64,000 nucleotides of DNA from Haliotis rubra. Its lineage: Eukaryota. The notes under the pieces are model-generated. The model was not told the DNA's origin. It searched no databases and worked only from the letters and a program-made list of their open reading frames with translations. The translations under genes were made by a program, and so were the position numbers. This document shows positions 52,216-64,000 of this stretch, in pieces (the stretch's first letter is position 1; each line of letters starts with the position of its first letter). The DNA lies in assembly GCF_003918875.1 (NCBI RefSeq), contig NW_025765448.1:558001-622000 (forward strand). Reading direction: 5' to 3'.

Positions 52216-53028
52216 CCATCAGGGTCACAACAACATTTCTTTGCCCCATTCAGTACAAAAATAAATGGACTGAGAGCATGTTTGAAGTGTAATTCAACTT
52301 TATTTTAGCCACGCTATGCACATTTTACCCATCACACCCCATTTTAAGTTCCAAACCCCATTCATGGGAAATTCGTGTACACCCCATGTGGAACATGTCC
52401 CACCTCCTGTTCTCCTTCTCTGATGTTCTATTATGTAGACTCGTAATGCACTTCTGCTAGTAACAAGGCGCCAGGAAAAGCAACTATAAAAATTCCTGGA
52501 AACTATTGGCATCAGCTTGAACTGTAATAGATAGCTTGGCCCAGTTTTCCATGCTGCGATTCTTGGACTGTTGTTAGTGGTGGTAAGTGGCGTAAGATTT
52601 ATATATACCTACTGTTCATGAAGGGATTCCGCAGATACCTGTGATATTGTGAAACGGGCGGTATTGATTGACTGTAGAACTACTCCTGCGGAACTGTAGA
52701 CAAACAAAAGATTCATCAGACAGCCATACAATATTCATTTGCTAGAGTACAAGTTGTGGTATTGGAATACCTGGCATAGAGCTGATAGAAGGGAAGACAG
52801 GGTTTGTGACATATATGGGAGAAAATGCAGTGAAGGAAGTTGCACCTTGGATATGATAAGGCAAAAACAGTTTATTTGTAATGAAGAGTGCTTTGATGGT
52901 AGTTGCCAGGGAAAGTATCTGTTTTGATACTGATTGTTTTGAGGGCAGCCCAGTGGTTCAAGCATTTGCTTGTCATGTTCAAAAACCCAGGTTTTATGTG
53001 AACATTTGATCAATGAATGTGTGAAACC

Positions 53029-53196
53029 NNNNNNNNNNNNNNNNNNNNNNNNNNNNNNNNNNNNNNNNNNNNNNNNNNNNNNNNNNNNNNNNNNNNNNNN
53101 NNNNNNNNNNNNNNNNNNNNNNNNNNNNNNNNNNNNNNNNNNNNNNNNNNNNNNNNNNNNNNNNNNNNNNNNNNNNNNNNNNNNNNNNNNNNNNNN
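53029..53196. other. Assembly gap (168 N) starting inside a SINE A (about 52941-53028)
   Basis: N run directly follows tgtgtgaaacc of the SINE. Confidence 0.98.
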
Positions 53197-55959
53197 CTGG
53201 GCCACAAATACAAGAACTGTGAAGAATCAATAGAAGTGGTGGCATGTATGCCATGTTCCCCGTGTTACTGTGATAGTCTTTTGTTTCCCTACAGTATTGA
53301 TGTCACAGACTAAATTATTAACATCCAGCTTATCTCTCTACATAAAACTGATGTCAGCTTCCACTCACAGAAATAGACACAGCTGTAACCATCCATGCAA
53401 GGGTCGTCGTTCGTGTGGATTAACTGCAGAAACATCTCTTTCAGTTCGTTTTCTGGAGTAAATAATTCAGTCCTAAATTCCATGCGCAATATCAGGGTAT
53501 CAAAAAACTATATTTGCTTTGTTGAGATAGTCTGAAAGCCAGAAATGAAACGAGAATAATTAATTCGAGCTAACGATGATGAGGGAAATGTGCGTGAACC
53601 CTGACACTGGTACGCTACAGCGTAACATGAAATATGTTTCACACATGATTGATGCCGTCTATGTAATGTTGTATCGTTAAGTGCAATCAATTAACTGATC
53701 ACATTGTTTCATATCTTCCCTGTCAATAAATGTCGTGTGTCGCCACTCACTGGATCAACTATCTCTGCATCACTGGTCGCTCTGCCCCACTTGTAGTGAA
53801 TAGGGTGTATGCTTGTAAGTGTACAAGCTTATCAGCAGTCTGTGGAAGTAATTATAGAAAGGGTGTAATGCTGTTGTCATTCCTCACTAGATTAACAGAT
53901 TAACAGATGAGAAAAATATGTAAACAGGTCAGTCTTGATTTAGTAGTTAGGGCTATTCTGTGCCTTTATGGTAAACATTAGTGATAGCTATTGATTTAAC
54001 GATACGCTTTGTCACGACATGATACCTGATACAATATATGATACAGAGCATGATATGTGGACACTCGTTTTTTTAATTATCCAAGGCCAACTAAAATGTG
54101 TTCAGAAAACTTCAGTATCTCAAACTTATGATGAAGAGAGCTTTTTAGCCTTGCTCCAAGGTTGTACTAATTGCTTAGCCCAAGGATGTATAGTAACTCT
54201 ATCATTTCAAGAGGCAAGTCCAGATAAGCGGACAGTGGACACAAGTCTGTTATTTATATACATTTTAGAAATTTTCATTTAATCTATTAATTATTATCTT
54301 TGGGACTTGTGCAAGTCTAGGAGCTTTTGTAAATAAGAAATAGTATTCTAAAATTTCACTTTATTCAAGTTTTATGTCCAAAGTTGTATTCCGAGATAGA
54401 ATTAGTCAGGCTTGGAGACTTGGTCGAGTGTCAGTATACTCCAACAGTATAATTTTGCTCACAAGGTTAATCATTTCATTTCCTGGTTCAGACAAAATTA
54501 TTTATCCTACGACTGGGTCATATCCGAGTGCTGCATTTAGGAATAAACAAATAAATTTCTTTGTATGGATAAAGATTAGATGTGTCACAATAGGATACTT
54601 ATATATCATGCTGACATTATGGCAGAAACTTTGGGATTTGTATGTGGAACAGTTTATTGTGGCATGAATAAAGTTGAAGATAAATTTACAAGATGTATCT
54701 ATATATATATATAGCTGAAAGTGTACATGACTTGGAGTAAATTTCAGTTTTGATGAATCTGAGAAATGAGATGGGATCGGCTTGTGAATTTATGTAAAGG
54801 TGAAGTTAGATTTTGTTCAAATGGTTGTTGAGTAAAGTTTTAGATAATTTTATGAGATATGTATAACTAAAAGTTCACATGATTTGGATTAAAATTTAGT
54901 TTTGAGAAATAAGATGCCAGACACTTGTAAATTTATGTAAAGGTGAAGCTAAGTTTTTGTCAAATTGAACAAGCTACCTGTGAGTCTGTTTTGCCAAGTC
55001 AGATGGTGTGGAAAGCGGACAGTTTCCGCCAAACTAAGGTAATGTTTGAAAGTCTCACAAGGGTGACGATGTGCCTACATCACGTTGCTGATAACTTGAT
55101 CTTCATGAAGGCAGTGAACCTTGACAAACATCTAATGTTGTGGAGTTCAAATTCACCACAGTCAACCAATTATAGGGCATGAGAAAATGTTTTTATGGAG
55201 AATATGGAAATTCTCAAAACGAGACCTATAGAAAGGTATCTTCACAGTTATAACAGGTCGTGGGACCAGGTTAGAGAGTCACAGAGATAGAGAAATAAAT
55301 TAGGTGTTTTGGTTACAAGCACCTGCAAAAGTAAGGGTTGTGGTCTTGACGAGTGATGAATCTTGAAGATGCTTGGGAGAGCTTGAGTCATCAGATGAAA
55401 TTTAGTAGAGCGTGTTGCTACCGAGATAGTGATGAATAACCTGTAAGCTAGAGTCATTGAAATGCCTTTGTGTCCAGAGGATGTCATAAAGTATGGGTTG
55501 TACTTTGTTGTGAGGCATCTAGTTTCTTAATGTCTCCAGTTACTTGACAAAAAGAGCAAGGAGTTAATGAGCCAGATGCCCATATTGGGCTAACTTTTCA
55601 CAGAGTTCCTTTTACCTTACCACAATTACAATATGTGGTCATTTTCATCGATTGTTTTAACGTGTTATTGATCTGTGAATATGGTCTCATGGGTAATCAT
55701 TAGTTTTTGCCTCCTTTGTGATATTTGACTGATATTTTGATTTATCTTCGAGATCGTCCGTTTTAGTCCTGTTCTTTTTATGTACACATGTACAGTTACT
55801 AGTTCTCACCGCAATTAATTGGAAAATTGCATGATGCAGCATAAAGCTCCTTTCATTCATTCAATCACATTCCACAACTTATGTCAGAGCACATGCAAGA
55901 TGGGTCATACAAGCTGTTTATATATGGCTTAAACCAAAAGCCTAATCCTCATTCTTCAT

Positions 55960-56108
55960 AGGGATAGCTTAGTGGTTTGTCATGCTGAAGATCAGGTTCT
56001 CTTCCCAACATCAGTACAATGTGTGAAGTCCATTTCTGGTGTCCATTCCCATGATGTTGCTGGAGTATTGCTAAAATCAACTTAAAACCCAACTCACTCA
56101 CTCACTCA
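55960..56108 (+). mobile_element. SINE family A (diverged)
   Basis: aatgtgtgaagtccatttctggtgtcc...aactcactcactcactc. Confidence 0.8.
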
Positions 56109-56263
56109 TGCTGAGGTGGGTATGATGATCATAAACATTACAGGAAATTACTTCTCATGACATTAGTTAAGCTTGGTCCACTGTATCTTTCCATAAAGGT
56201 TTAAAGATAATCTGTTTTGCAATGAATAAGGATTGAACTAAGCCTATCTACCTTAAATGCACG

Positions 56264-56922
56264 GCACATATTGTGATATCTCTCTAATATGCCAAGTGCA
56301 TAGTGTGTATTCTACATCATATCCTGAACACATATTGTGACATCTACCTTATATCATTGTTAAATATTGTAATATCTACCTTATATCCCTGGCACCTATT
56401 GTGATATATGTGATATCTATGTTATATATGGTAACATATAGTGATACCTACCTGATGTCCTGAACACACATTGTGACATCTGTGTTATATCATGGTCACA
56501 TATAGTGATACCTACCTGATGTCCTGAACACATGTTATGACATCTATATTATATATGGTAACATATAGTGATACCTACCTGATGTCCTGAACACATGTTA
56601 TGACATCTATGTTATATATGGTAACATATAGTGATATCTACCTGATGTCCTGAACACATGTTATGACATCTATGTTATATATGGTAACATATAGTGATAC
56701 CTACCTGATGTCCTGAACACATGTTATGACATCTATGTTATATATGGTAACATATAGTGATACCTACCTGATGTCCTGAACACATGTTATGACATCTATG
56801 TTATATATGGTAACATATAGTGATACCTACCTGATGTCCTGAGCACATATTGTTATCTCTATGTTATGTCTTGTGCACATATTGTTATCTCTACCTTATA
56901 TTCCAGGCAAATACTGTGATAT
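56264..56922. repeat. Minisatellite of ~31-33-bp monomers (63-bp dimers at 56435-56845) running into the EGF8-9 exon acceptor
   Basis: tatagtgata recurs at 56501, 56564, 56627 and onward. Confidence 0.93.
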
Positions 56923-57140
56923 TGACATTGATGAGTGTCTGGAACAGCCAAGTATCTGCAAGAATGGGGCTACTTGCATGAACCAGGCAGGGGGCTACCA
57001 ATGTATCTGCGTGAATGGCTGGAATGGTACAGACTGTGGGGAGAACATTGATGACTGCAAGGAGAGCCCTTGTTATAATGGGGGCACCTGCAAAGACAGA
57101 GTGGGCTATTTCTTCTGTGAATGTCCAAAAGGGAAAACAG
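56907..57140 (+). CDS. Notch: Notch exon: EGF8-9 (GKYCDIDIDECLEQPSICKNGATC...CICVNGWNGTDCGENIDDC...CKDRVGYFFCECPKGKTG)
   Basis: Acceptor ttccag and donor gtagga at 57141. 234 nt, phase 1-1. Diagnostic CVNGW and DRVxxFxCECPxGKTG motifs. Confidence 0.95.
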
Positions 57141-58848
57141 GTAGGAATATGTCCTGTATTGTTTCTCTCATATATCTTTTCCAACATTTCCTTTACAAAC
57201 TGAAAAGTGTTAGTGGTACCTGTTAAACACTCGATTCATTTTGTTTTGCTGACAATCCTGCATGAAGTGTTTCAATGGTGGACCAAACTATGGAAAGAAA
57301 ATGCTTTGTATGATTGATAAAAAGTTTCATTTATAAAAAATCTCCGAAGGTTTTGCCAGTTATGTTTTCCTAACTGTCTCAACCTTGCATCATCAGTGAA
57401 TCAATCAGGTTGACTAGGTTGATTCATGTTATTGTATCCCAATTGATATGTATATACATGTTGTTAATCACTGGATTGTGTGGCCCAGACTCGATAACTT
57501 ACAGATCACAATCTGGAGTTGGGTGTTGAACAGCAAACAAATATAACCAGTCTTAACTAAAGGTGCAGATATATTGTTTTAACTGTTGTCTTGAGGACAA
57601 ATGTTTGTTTGAAGCTATCATAAAAGAGAATGCCCCAAAGCCTGATGATATCAGTAATGTTTTACATATTGATCCCAAGGCAAACAGAGTTCCGTCCGTT
57701 TGATCCTTCTGCAGTCACTACGACAGATTCTGATCAGAAATGTATACTGGAAGGTGTGATTCACATAAGGTGTCCGTTGTATGTACTTCTGCTTCCTAAT
57801 TTAGCTATTTTCCGTGCTGCAGTTGATTAAATCAGTAATGAAGATCTGAGACTTCGAGATTACTGAAGATAATCTCACTTGAAGATCTTAGCCATTGTTT
57901 TACTGAGACTGATTTCCTTGTTTGTAATTTTGTTTTGAAATTGACCTAAATGAGTCAAACATGATTGTGTCAAATGGACCTATGTAAATACCTCGATGTA
58001 TGTGACATTTGACACAACCACAAAATGTTCACTTATATGGAATGTGCTGTGACCAAGCTTTTTCTTCCAACAACCCTAAGTTCAACAAATCCAAGTTTGA
58101 CACAATGATGTTTGGCTGTATTCAAAACATTTCATATTTCATTATTCAAAATGAGACAATTCCACATTGGTAAGCTAGAAATTTACACATGAGGAAGCCC
58201 ACTAGTTTTGTAAGGAAGTTGAAAGTCAGTAGTGCTGGGGAAGTGCTAACACTGCTGGAGTAGGGGATGGATGGGAAACAGAGAAATGCAGTTGTCTATT
58301 TCCTTGTCTATACTGTAAGCCTTCAAAATTCCAAACCTTTCTTTCACTCTTGGACGTCCAAGGTACAGTAATTCACCTGCAACAATGTATCATGAAACTT
58401 GTTCCCAAAACGTCCTCAAATTTCAGTCATTAAAATACATGTGTAAAACTAAATGTCATACAAAATTTCAAAAGACCTTAATTTTAGGAAAGATTTAGGC
58501 ACAGGCAAGTATGCTTTTCCGGCAAACTTGATTCAATTTGACTTTATGTTTTTGGGTGTTTGGCCTCCAACTGGGATTATTTGGTAGATCAATCAGGCAA
58601 TAGCATCTTATCCTCACCTCAGTGTTTCAGCTTCAAAATATGCATAGATAATCACCAAATCAACACCGTGACTAAAATGGTTTACATTCTCTTTAAGGGA
58701 CACAGTGAAATCTTTTCACCCAGATTTATATTTCCTTCTCATCAGCTGTCAATGATTTGCATGGAGACTTGTGTTTGAGTTCTATTGGTGGCCATGACCT
58801 TCCTTTAGCAAGGTTAAAGCATAAGGATGGAGTGGTGATGTACAGGGA

Positions 58849-59246
58849 CAGGGTCTACTTGCACAAAGCAGTATTAGTGCTACAACTCTCTTAGGTCAAT
58901 GTTGGACTATGGGAGTTACGATGTTCGTGGCATGAAGGTCGCTTTGTGCATGTGGACCCAGGTTTACCATGTTCCACATGTTAAGGGTTTCAGGGTCCAG
59001 GGTACTATTTGACAGCTATCGTAGTGCTACGAATGTCATACTTCCTATACAGTAACATAGACTTACGACAGTCGTAGCTCTTCGAATGTTGTACCTTCTA
59101 TACTGTAACATAGACAGCGCTAAAATAGCTTCCTGAAACAGGGCCCAGATCCACAAAAGGATCTTAGCGCTACGTTGATTGTAGGACTATGCTATGGATT
59201 AGCGTTACGATCTCCTTAGCACAAACATCGCTTTGTAAAGTGGCCT
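58849..59246. mobile_element. Cluster of three related short palindromic MITEs
   Basis: Units of about 58849-58962, 58998-59147 and 59141-59246, each with ggg(t/c)c..cacaaag-type TIRs and a tagYgctac internal motif. Confidence 0.55.
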
Positions 59247-59706
59247 TAGCCCATAAAGAAATTCAAAGGAGGATGTTTTTGACGATAACTTGTGCTTCTG
59301 AATACTTCATTACACATGATCCAAATAATAATAACCACAAAACTAAATATTGTTTTCAAAATGTCGGATGTGTAGGAGTTAGTTATTAGGTATGTAGAAC
59401 CCTGTATGTCATCACCATCCTTTGGCTGACTGTCCATTGCTGCAAACTTGAGGTTTCAGTCTGTTTCTATTCGTTACAGAACATTGCTTCCCAATCTCCC
59501 AACATGATATGCATATTCTATTCATTCTGAAACTACATATATCTTGCTTCATTTCTGTATACATCATGTTCTGAATATGATACCTTTACACCTCTTTAAA
59601 TGATTACAACCTGTGAAGACATTGATAATCTCTGTCCTCTATGTATTTATACTTCCTGTTGTTTCTTGTATGTTCATCTAACTAAATGGCTCCTGTCTTG
59701 GCTGAC

Positions 59707-59713
59707 TACTAAC
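59707..59713 (+). promoter_or_regulatory. Consensus splice branch point TACTAAC
   Basis: Perfect TACTAAC about 34 nt upstream of the 59746-59747 AG. Confidence 0.6.
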
Positions 59714-59747
59714 AATATGGCCGCCACCATCTGTCGCTTGTCCTCAG

Positions 59748-59903
59748 GTCTGCGCTGCCATCTGGAGGACGCATGTGAAAGTAGTCCCTGTCATGCTGGT
59801 GCAAGTTGCGAGACTTCCCCTATTGACGGCAATCATAAGTGTACATGTAAGCGAGGGTGGAAGGGCACCTTCTGTGACAAGGACATCAACGAGTGCGAAG
59901 AGA
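59748..59903 (+). CDS. Notch: Notch exon: EGF10 and start of EGF11 (GLRCHLEDACESSPCHAGASCETSPIDGNHKCTCKRGWKGTFCDKDINECEE)
   Basis: Acceptor tcctcag and donor gtaagt at 59904. 156 nt, phase 1-1. The GLxCHLxDAC...CxTxPxxG motif is typical of Notch EGF10. Confidence 0.95.
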
Positions 59904-61581
59904 GTAAGTTCATGTCTCCCCCTGCTATGAACTGTGCAGTCCCTTGTTGCTAGATTGTACACAAAAGACTAGGATAAAAGAAGATCTTGGCTCTGGGATA
60001 TTTGCACCGACTCCATGCTACAAGGGGTTCTGCATTTGTTTGGACAAATTACAAAATTGTCGTGAAGCACACTTTTTCATTTAAAAATATTGGTTTCCTT
60101 GCACCAAGTTTTCCTACTTTATTAAACATGGGCCTGCAGATGCACATGGTAGGCCAATAGCAATTGAACAAATTTATATATATATGTATGGCAATGTTGT
60201 TTCCTTGAGTTGGATTGTGAGTTTGAACCCCAAGTATGTTTCTTGGTTTGTTAGCACCACATCAATGCGTGTTTTACCAAAGTAAACTTCTGAGAAATGC
60301 AGCACTTTATACTTTCCTTCCTTATACAGCTGACATGCCATGATAAAACTTGAATACTGTTCAAAAACGGCATTAATCCCCACTCACTCACTCACTCATT
60401 GAGTTAAAGTCTTGTGTGGCATCGGTTGAATTTCAACCATGGAGCAGTTATCACCATTGGGAAGAAATTCTCACTGAGTATAATTCATGCTACAAAAAGA
60501 CTGTTTTATTAATATTCAGAATGATAAAAACATATTCTCGATTTTGATTAATTCATAAATGCCATGTAAGTGACAATGAAATGAGAGTTATAAATTTGCA
60601 AGTTAAGTTGGTTGTGTTCACAAAGGCTGGAGACCGGTCACTTGGTTTGTAGACACATAACCTTGCAGAAACCTGGGTAGCTTGGGGTGAGGTTTGCCAT
60701 TCTTCATTGGCAACCTATTGTTGAGCCATGTTTACAACTCAGTTCTCACGGATACCTAATACCCCGAACAACGACTCAACTGATTTCATTTCATTTTTTC
60801 CTATCATGATTACTGCTTCAGGGCTGTCACGAGCCACTGACTTTCTTAGGCATTTTTGTCTTGCTTTTGTATGCAAGACTACGTTTGAAAACTGAAGATT
60901 TTTATGGGAAATAATATGTTGACCTTACAACACTCTAGAAATAACATATTGTTCAAACAAAATGTATGCATCAGAAACCAAGCGTTTAAAATGCCATGAT
61001 AATATATTTAGCGGTGAATGTTGGTAAATGGCGAGGGATTGGGATAAGTTGTATTTTCTGAAGTCTTGGTCAATAGTTTTTATTAAAATTTCACACTGGA
61101 ATGAAACACGACTTATATGAAGGTGATGATAGGCATTTTGATACAGTGTGCATTGATATCAATTAACTAAAAATGTGAATAAAATATATATGCCTTATAC
61201 GTATCTGGAAAGATTTTGCTTTGATTTTCCCAACTTACTTGACCATGTGTTACTACTTCCACTTAAGCCATGGAATGGTGTAAAATACCATAAGTTTTAA
61301 AGAAGATGAGATTTCATGTATGTTTAACAGTTAACTCTTTTGAAGCTGTTGTTTAATCATCAGACACAGTTGGACATTATCGCATATATATATATTATAT
61401 ATAAAGTATATTTCACCACTATCTTGACCTGAGAGTTGATCCTCACAACGTGTTTACTTCATAATTATTTATGTTGCTCTGACAGGTGGCTTTAGACATC
61501 AGAGATCCATGTAATGCTTACAGATTACTTGACTTCAGCTACTCAGTCACACATATTACACAGCCCTCTGTTTCCTTCTCT

Positions 61582-61705
61582 GGGGGCGGTGGGGTAGCCT
61601 TGTGGTTAAAGTGGGCACGGGCTCGATTCCACACATTTTTAGTGTCTCCTGCCATGATATTCCTGGAATATTGCTAAAAGTGCCGTAAACCAGACTCACG
61701 CACTC
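61582..61705 (+). mobile_element. Internally deleted SINE family A
   Basis: gggggcggtggggtagccttgtggttaaag...ggaatattgctaaaagtgccgtaaac. Confidence 0.82.
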
Positions 61706-62087
61706 GTTTTCCCTGGGATTTAATGACACCCTTTTAAAGCTATATTGTGCCCATTTGGAATAAATTTTGTCATTTTAATGATTTCTTTTTGTTCATTTTC
61801 CTCTTCGAACTATCTTCTTGAAGTTAATTTTGTTTGTTTAAATACATTTTGAAACATAATTCTTCCTTATTCTCTGTAATTCAGTGCTTTTGTTTGATAG
61901 AGCAGTTATTTTCAATATCCAATGTCTTGAATTTAATCATCGGTCTCTTTGCTTTGTGATAAAGAGGATCGACTATAAAAATAAACATACAAAGCAGACT
62001 GTGTTTTAAGTGGATAGCAAAGAATATTTTCACCAAATTGTTTGAAACTATGCATTATGAATTGTAACATTTGGTTGGTTTCCTCAG

Positions 62088-62276
62088 GTTACGAGGGCCC
62101 ATGCGAACATGGCAGTACCTGTGAGAATACTCCAGGTAGTTTCAAGTGTATCTGCCAGACGGGGTTCTATGGTCAGTACTGTGAGATAAACTTCGACGAA
62201 TGTGCCTCCAACCCATGCCAGAACGATGGTACCTGTCTGGATATGAACGGAAAATACAAGTGTATATGTATGCCAG
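62088..62276 (+). CDS. Notch: Notch exon: EGF11-12 ligand-binding core (SYEGPCEHGSTCENTPGSFKCICQTGFYGQYCEINFDECASNPCQNDGTCLDMNGKYKCICMPG)
   Basis: Acceptor tttcctcag and donor gtaaga at 62277. 189 nt, phase 1-1. ECxSNPCQNDxTCLD...CICMPG is the EGF12 signature. Confidence 0.95.
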
Positions 62277-64000
62277 GTAAGAGCAGTTTACCTATAGTCA
62301 CTGACCCTACACAAGTCTGAGTCTGTTGAGTAACTATTATCCCGGATCTACATTTTTAATAAACTTTTGAAAATGATTCAGAAATAGTTCTGGGTTAGAA
62401 GTTTTCAGTTTTTATTTTTTCATTTATTTTATTTTATTTACTTTGATATATTTTCTCTTTAGTAATGGTGAACCATTACATAAGGTTAGACACATGATAT
62501 ATGATATTTTTGTCATTCTGTGTGAAAATGTATTGTTTTCACAAACTGGTCTTCAAACTTGATAACATTTTGGCATAATATTACCTATAGTTACTTTTCC
62601 AATATTCAGTGTTATTTATTGTTTGAAGATTTAAAAACAATCCTATTTTTCCCAAGCTAAATATCAGGTTACTTTGCTAATTGTTATTGGTCAGAGAAAT
62701 GAATACAATACATGACAATATGTTTCTATGTCAAATTTGGATTTGGATTTTAGTCTCTGTTAAAGGTCTCTGAGCGGGAATGTCAAATGTTCATTTCCTA
62801 TCACAATTTTGGACTATCTGAAAATGTTCCTTAAAAGAAGGATTTGAAAAGACTAAGATTTCCCCATTTTATAGCGCCAGTTAGCATATCAGACTGTTGG
62901 TAGTTTTTGCATTTTATGGCATGAGAAAATGTATGCTGAATGAAATGTATGTCAAATTCCAACTTGTAATAGATGTCATAACATTACATGTCAATTCTTA
63001 TCAGCCGAAGGTGACGGAATTATTTATCTTTCTAAATATTTGTCTGATTTTCCCATGGCAATATTACTCAGGACACTTCAGATTTGCTCAGTGACGGAGA
63101 ACTTTTCTAAAAGTTTGTAAAAACTACTATTAACCTGTTGCATTAGCTGCCGTAAGCGGCAGTGAAACCCTATAATTCATGTGAAAAGTTAACAATGATA
63201 CCGCAGCTTTCCCACTCTTGTCGGTATTACGCAGCCCCGTGCACTGACAACATAAGCACTAGTCAACTGTTAGAAAGCTACTGATGTACTCCGGGATGTT
63301 TAACAAAGGTCAGGGATGAAACTCAAGTGTGGGAAAGTTGTCTACCCTTTCTAAAATGAGGTTCCACATGGGGAGTCTTAAGATGAGAAAGTGATATTTT
63401 ACCTATATACTTCCTGGTATGTTTTTGTAATTTGAGTTGTGTAAGTCAGAGCTGTATATGTTTTAAACTAACATTTATGTGATGTAAAGATTGCTGAAAG
63501 ATGAACAAAACATTAAGCGGAAAAATATGAGAAATTTGTGGGGTTTTTTTCTGTATTTAAATGATATGATCAGTGTGATCTTGTAGTTTGTTTGCGGTGT
63601 AGAGTTTTAAGTGAGTAAACATGGATCACATTTAAAAAACCATATCACTAGGAGCAGATTTTCAGGTGTCAATTATTTCTTGATGGAGCAGCCGGTATGC
63701 ACCGTGCAAGTGCCTCACAAGAGTTGTAAGGCTCCAGACTGTAGTTCTCATTATTTCCACTCCATTGAACAGAGCCATTGGTAGAGCAGCCATAGTTATC
63801 CATCTGGGCCAAGAGTTGTTTGGGAAAGCTTTTTATGACGATTTGAATCGTGGGAGCGAGTAGAAGGAAACTGTTAAATAAAGGAAAGTGGGGCACAAAG
63901 GTCATGCTTCATAAACACTGATGTATGATGTATATTTTAGTGTGTATGTGTACAAATAGAATACATCTTAAATCCAAGATGAGCCTTTGTTAGGCTGTAT

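Noticed and set aside
51999-53313. ORFs containing X runs
   Set aside because: Artefacts of the N gaps. The EGF7 and EGF8 exons join seamlessly, so no Notch exon is hidden in the gaps.
56861-56906. Signal-peptide-like MLCLVHILLSLPYIPG in frame with EGF8
   Set aside because: It is the T-rich acceptor tract made of minisatellite units. The hydrophobic translation is expected by chance and there is no promoter evidence.
63666-63784. Candidate next Notch exon after ttttcag
   Set aside because: The phase-compatible frame lacks EGF cysteine spacing and hits a stop.

Overview
AT-rich animal genomic DNA, not prokaryotic. The whole window appears to lie inside one large + strand gene, a Notch receptor. 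Eight GT-AG exons (24959-25095, 27581-27715, 28097-28301, 29495-29628, 50849-50971, 56907-57140, 59748-59903, 62088-62276; 1313 nt) splice with compatible phases into one open frame. That frame encodes the end of EGF repeat 1 through EGF12, including the ligand-binding repeats 8-12. I found no signal-peptide/EGF1-start exon and no EGF13+ exon, so they are presumably outside the window. The introns hold many copies of a tRNA-headed SINE (family A), a headless Nin/Deu-domain-like SINE (family B), a Meta/MESC-like SINE, hAT/MITE-like elements, a LINE 3' fragment, several minisatellites and two N-gaps. The SINE content suggests a gastropod, probably abalone (Haliotis); this is inference from recalled repeat families. 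Most notable non-coding signals: (1) Penelope-like inverted-repeat relics carrying minimal U3-A8 variant hammerhead ribozyme motifs, intact only antisense to Notch; (2) a minisatellite that is an amplified copy of the Notch intron/exon junction it abuts; (3) a 28-bp repeat arraying seven CSL/Su(H)-core motifs in the large intron; (4) a 2-kb 38-bp array inside a TIR element; (5) a SINE flanked by a ~114-bp duplication; (6) a three-level nested insertion. I see no evidence for a wholly new protein-coding system. Most ORF-track entries are noise.
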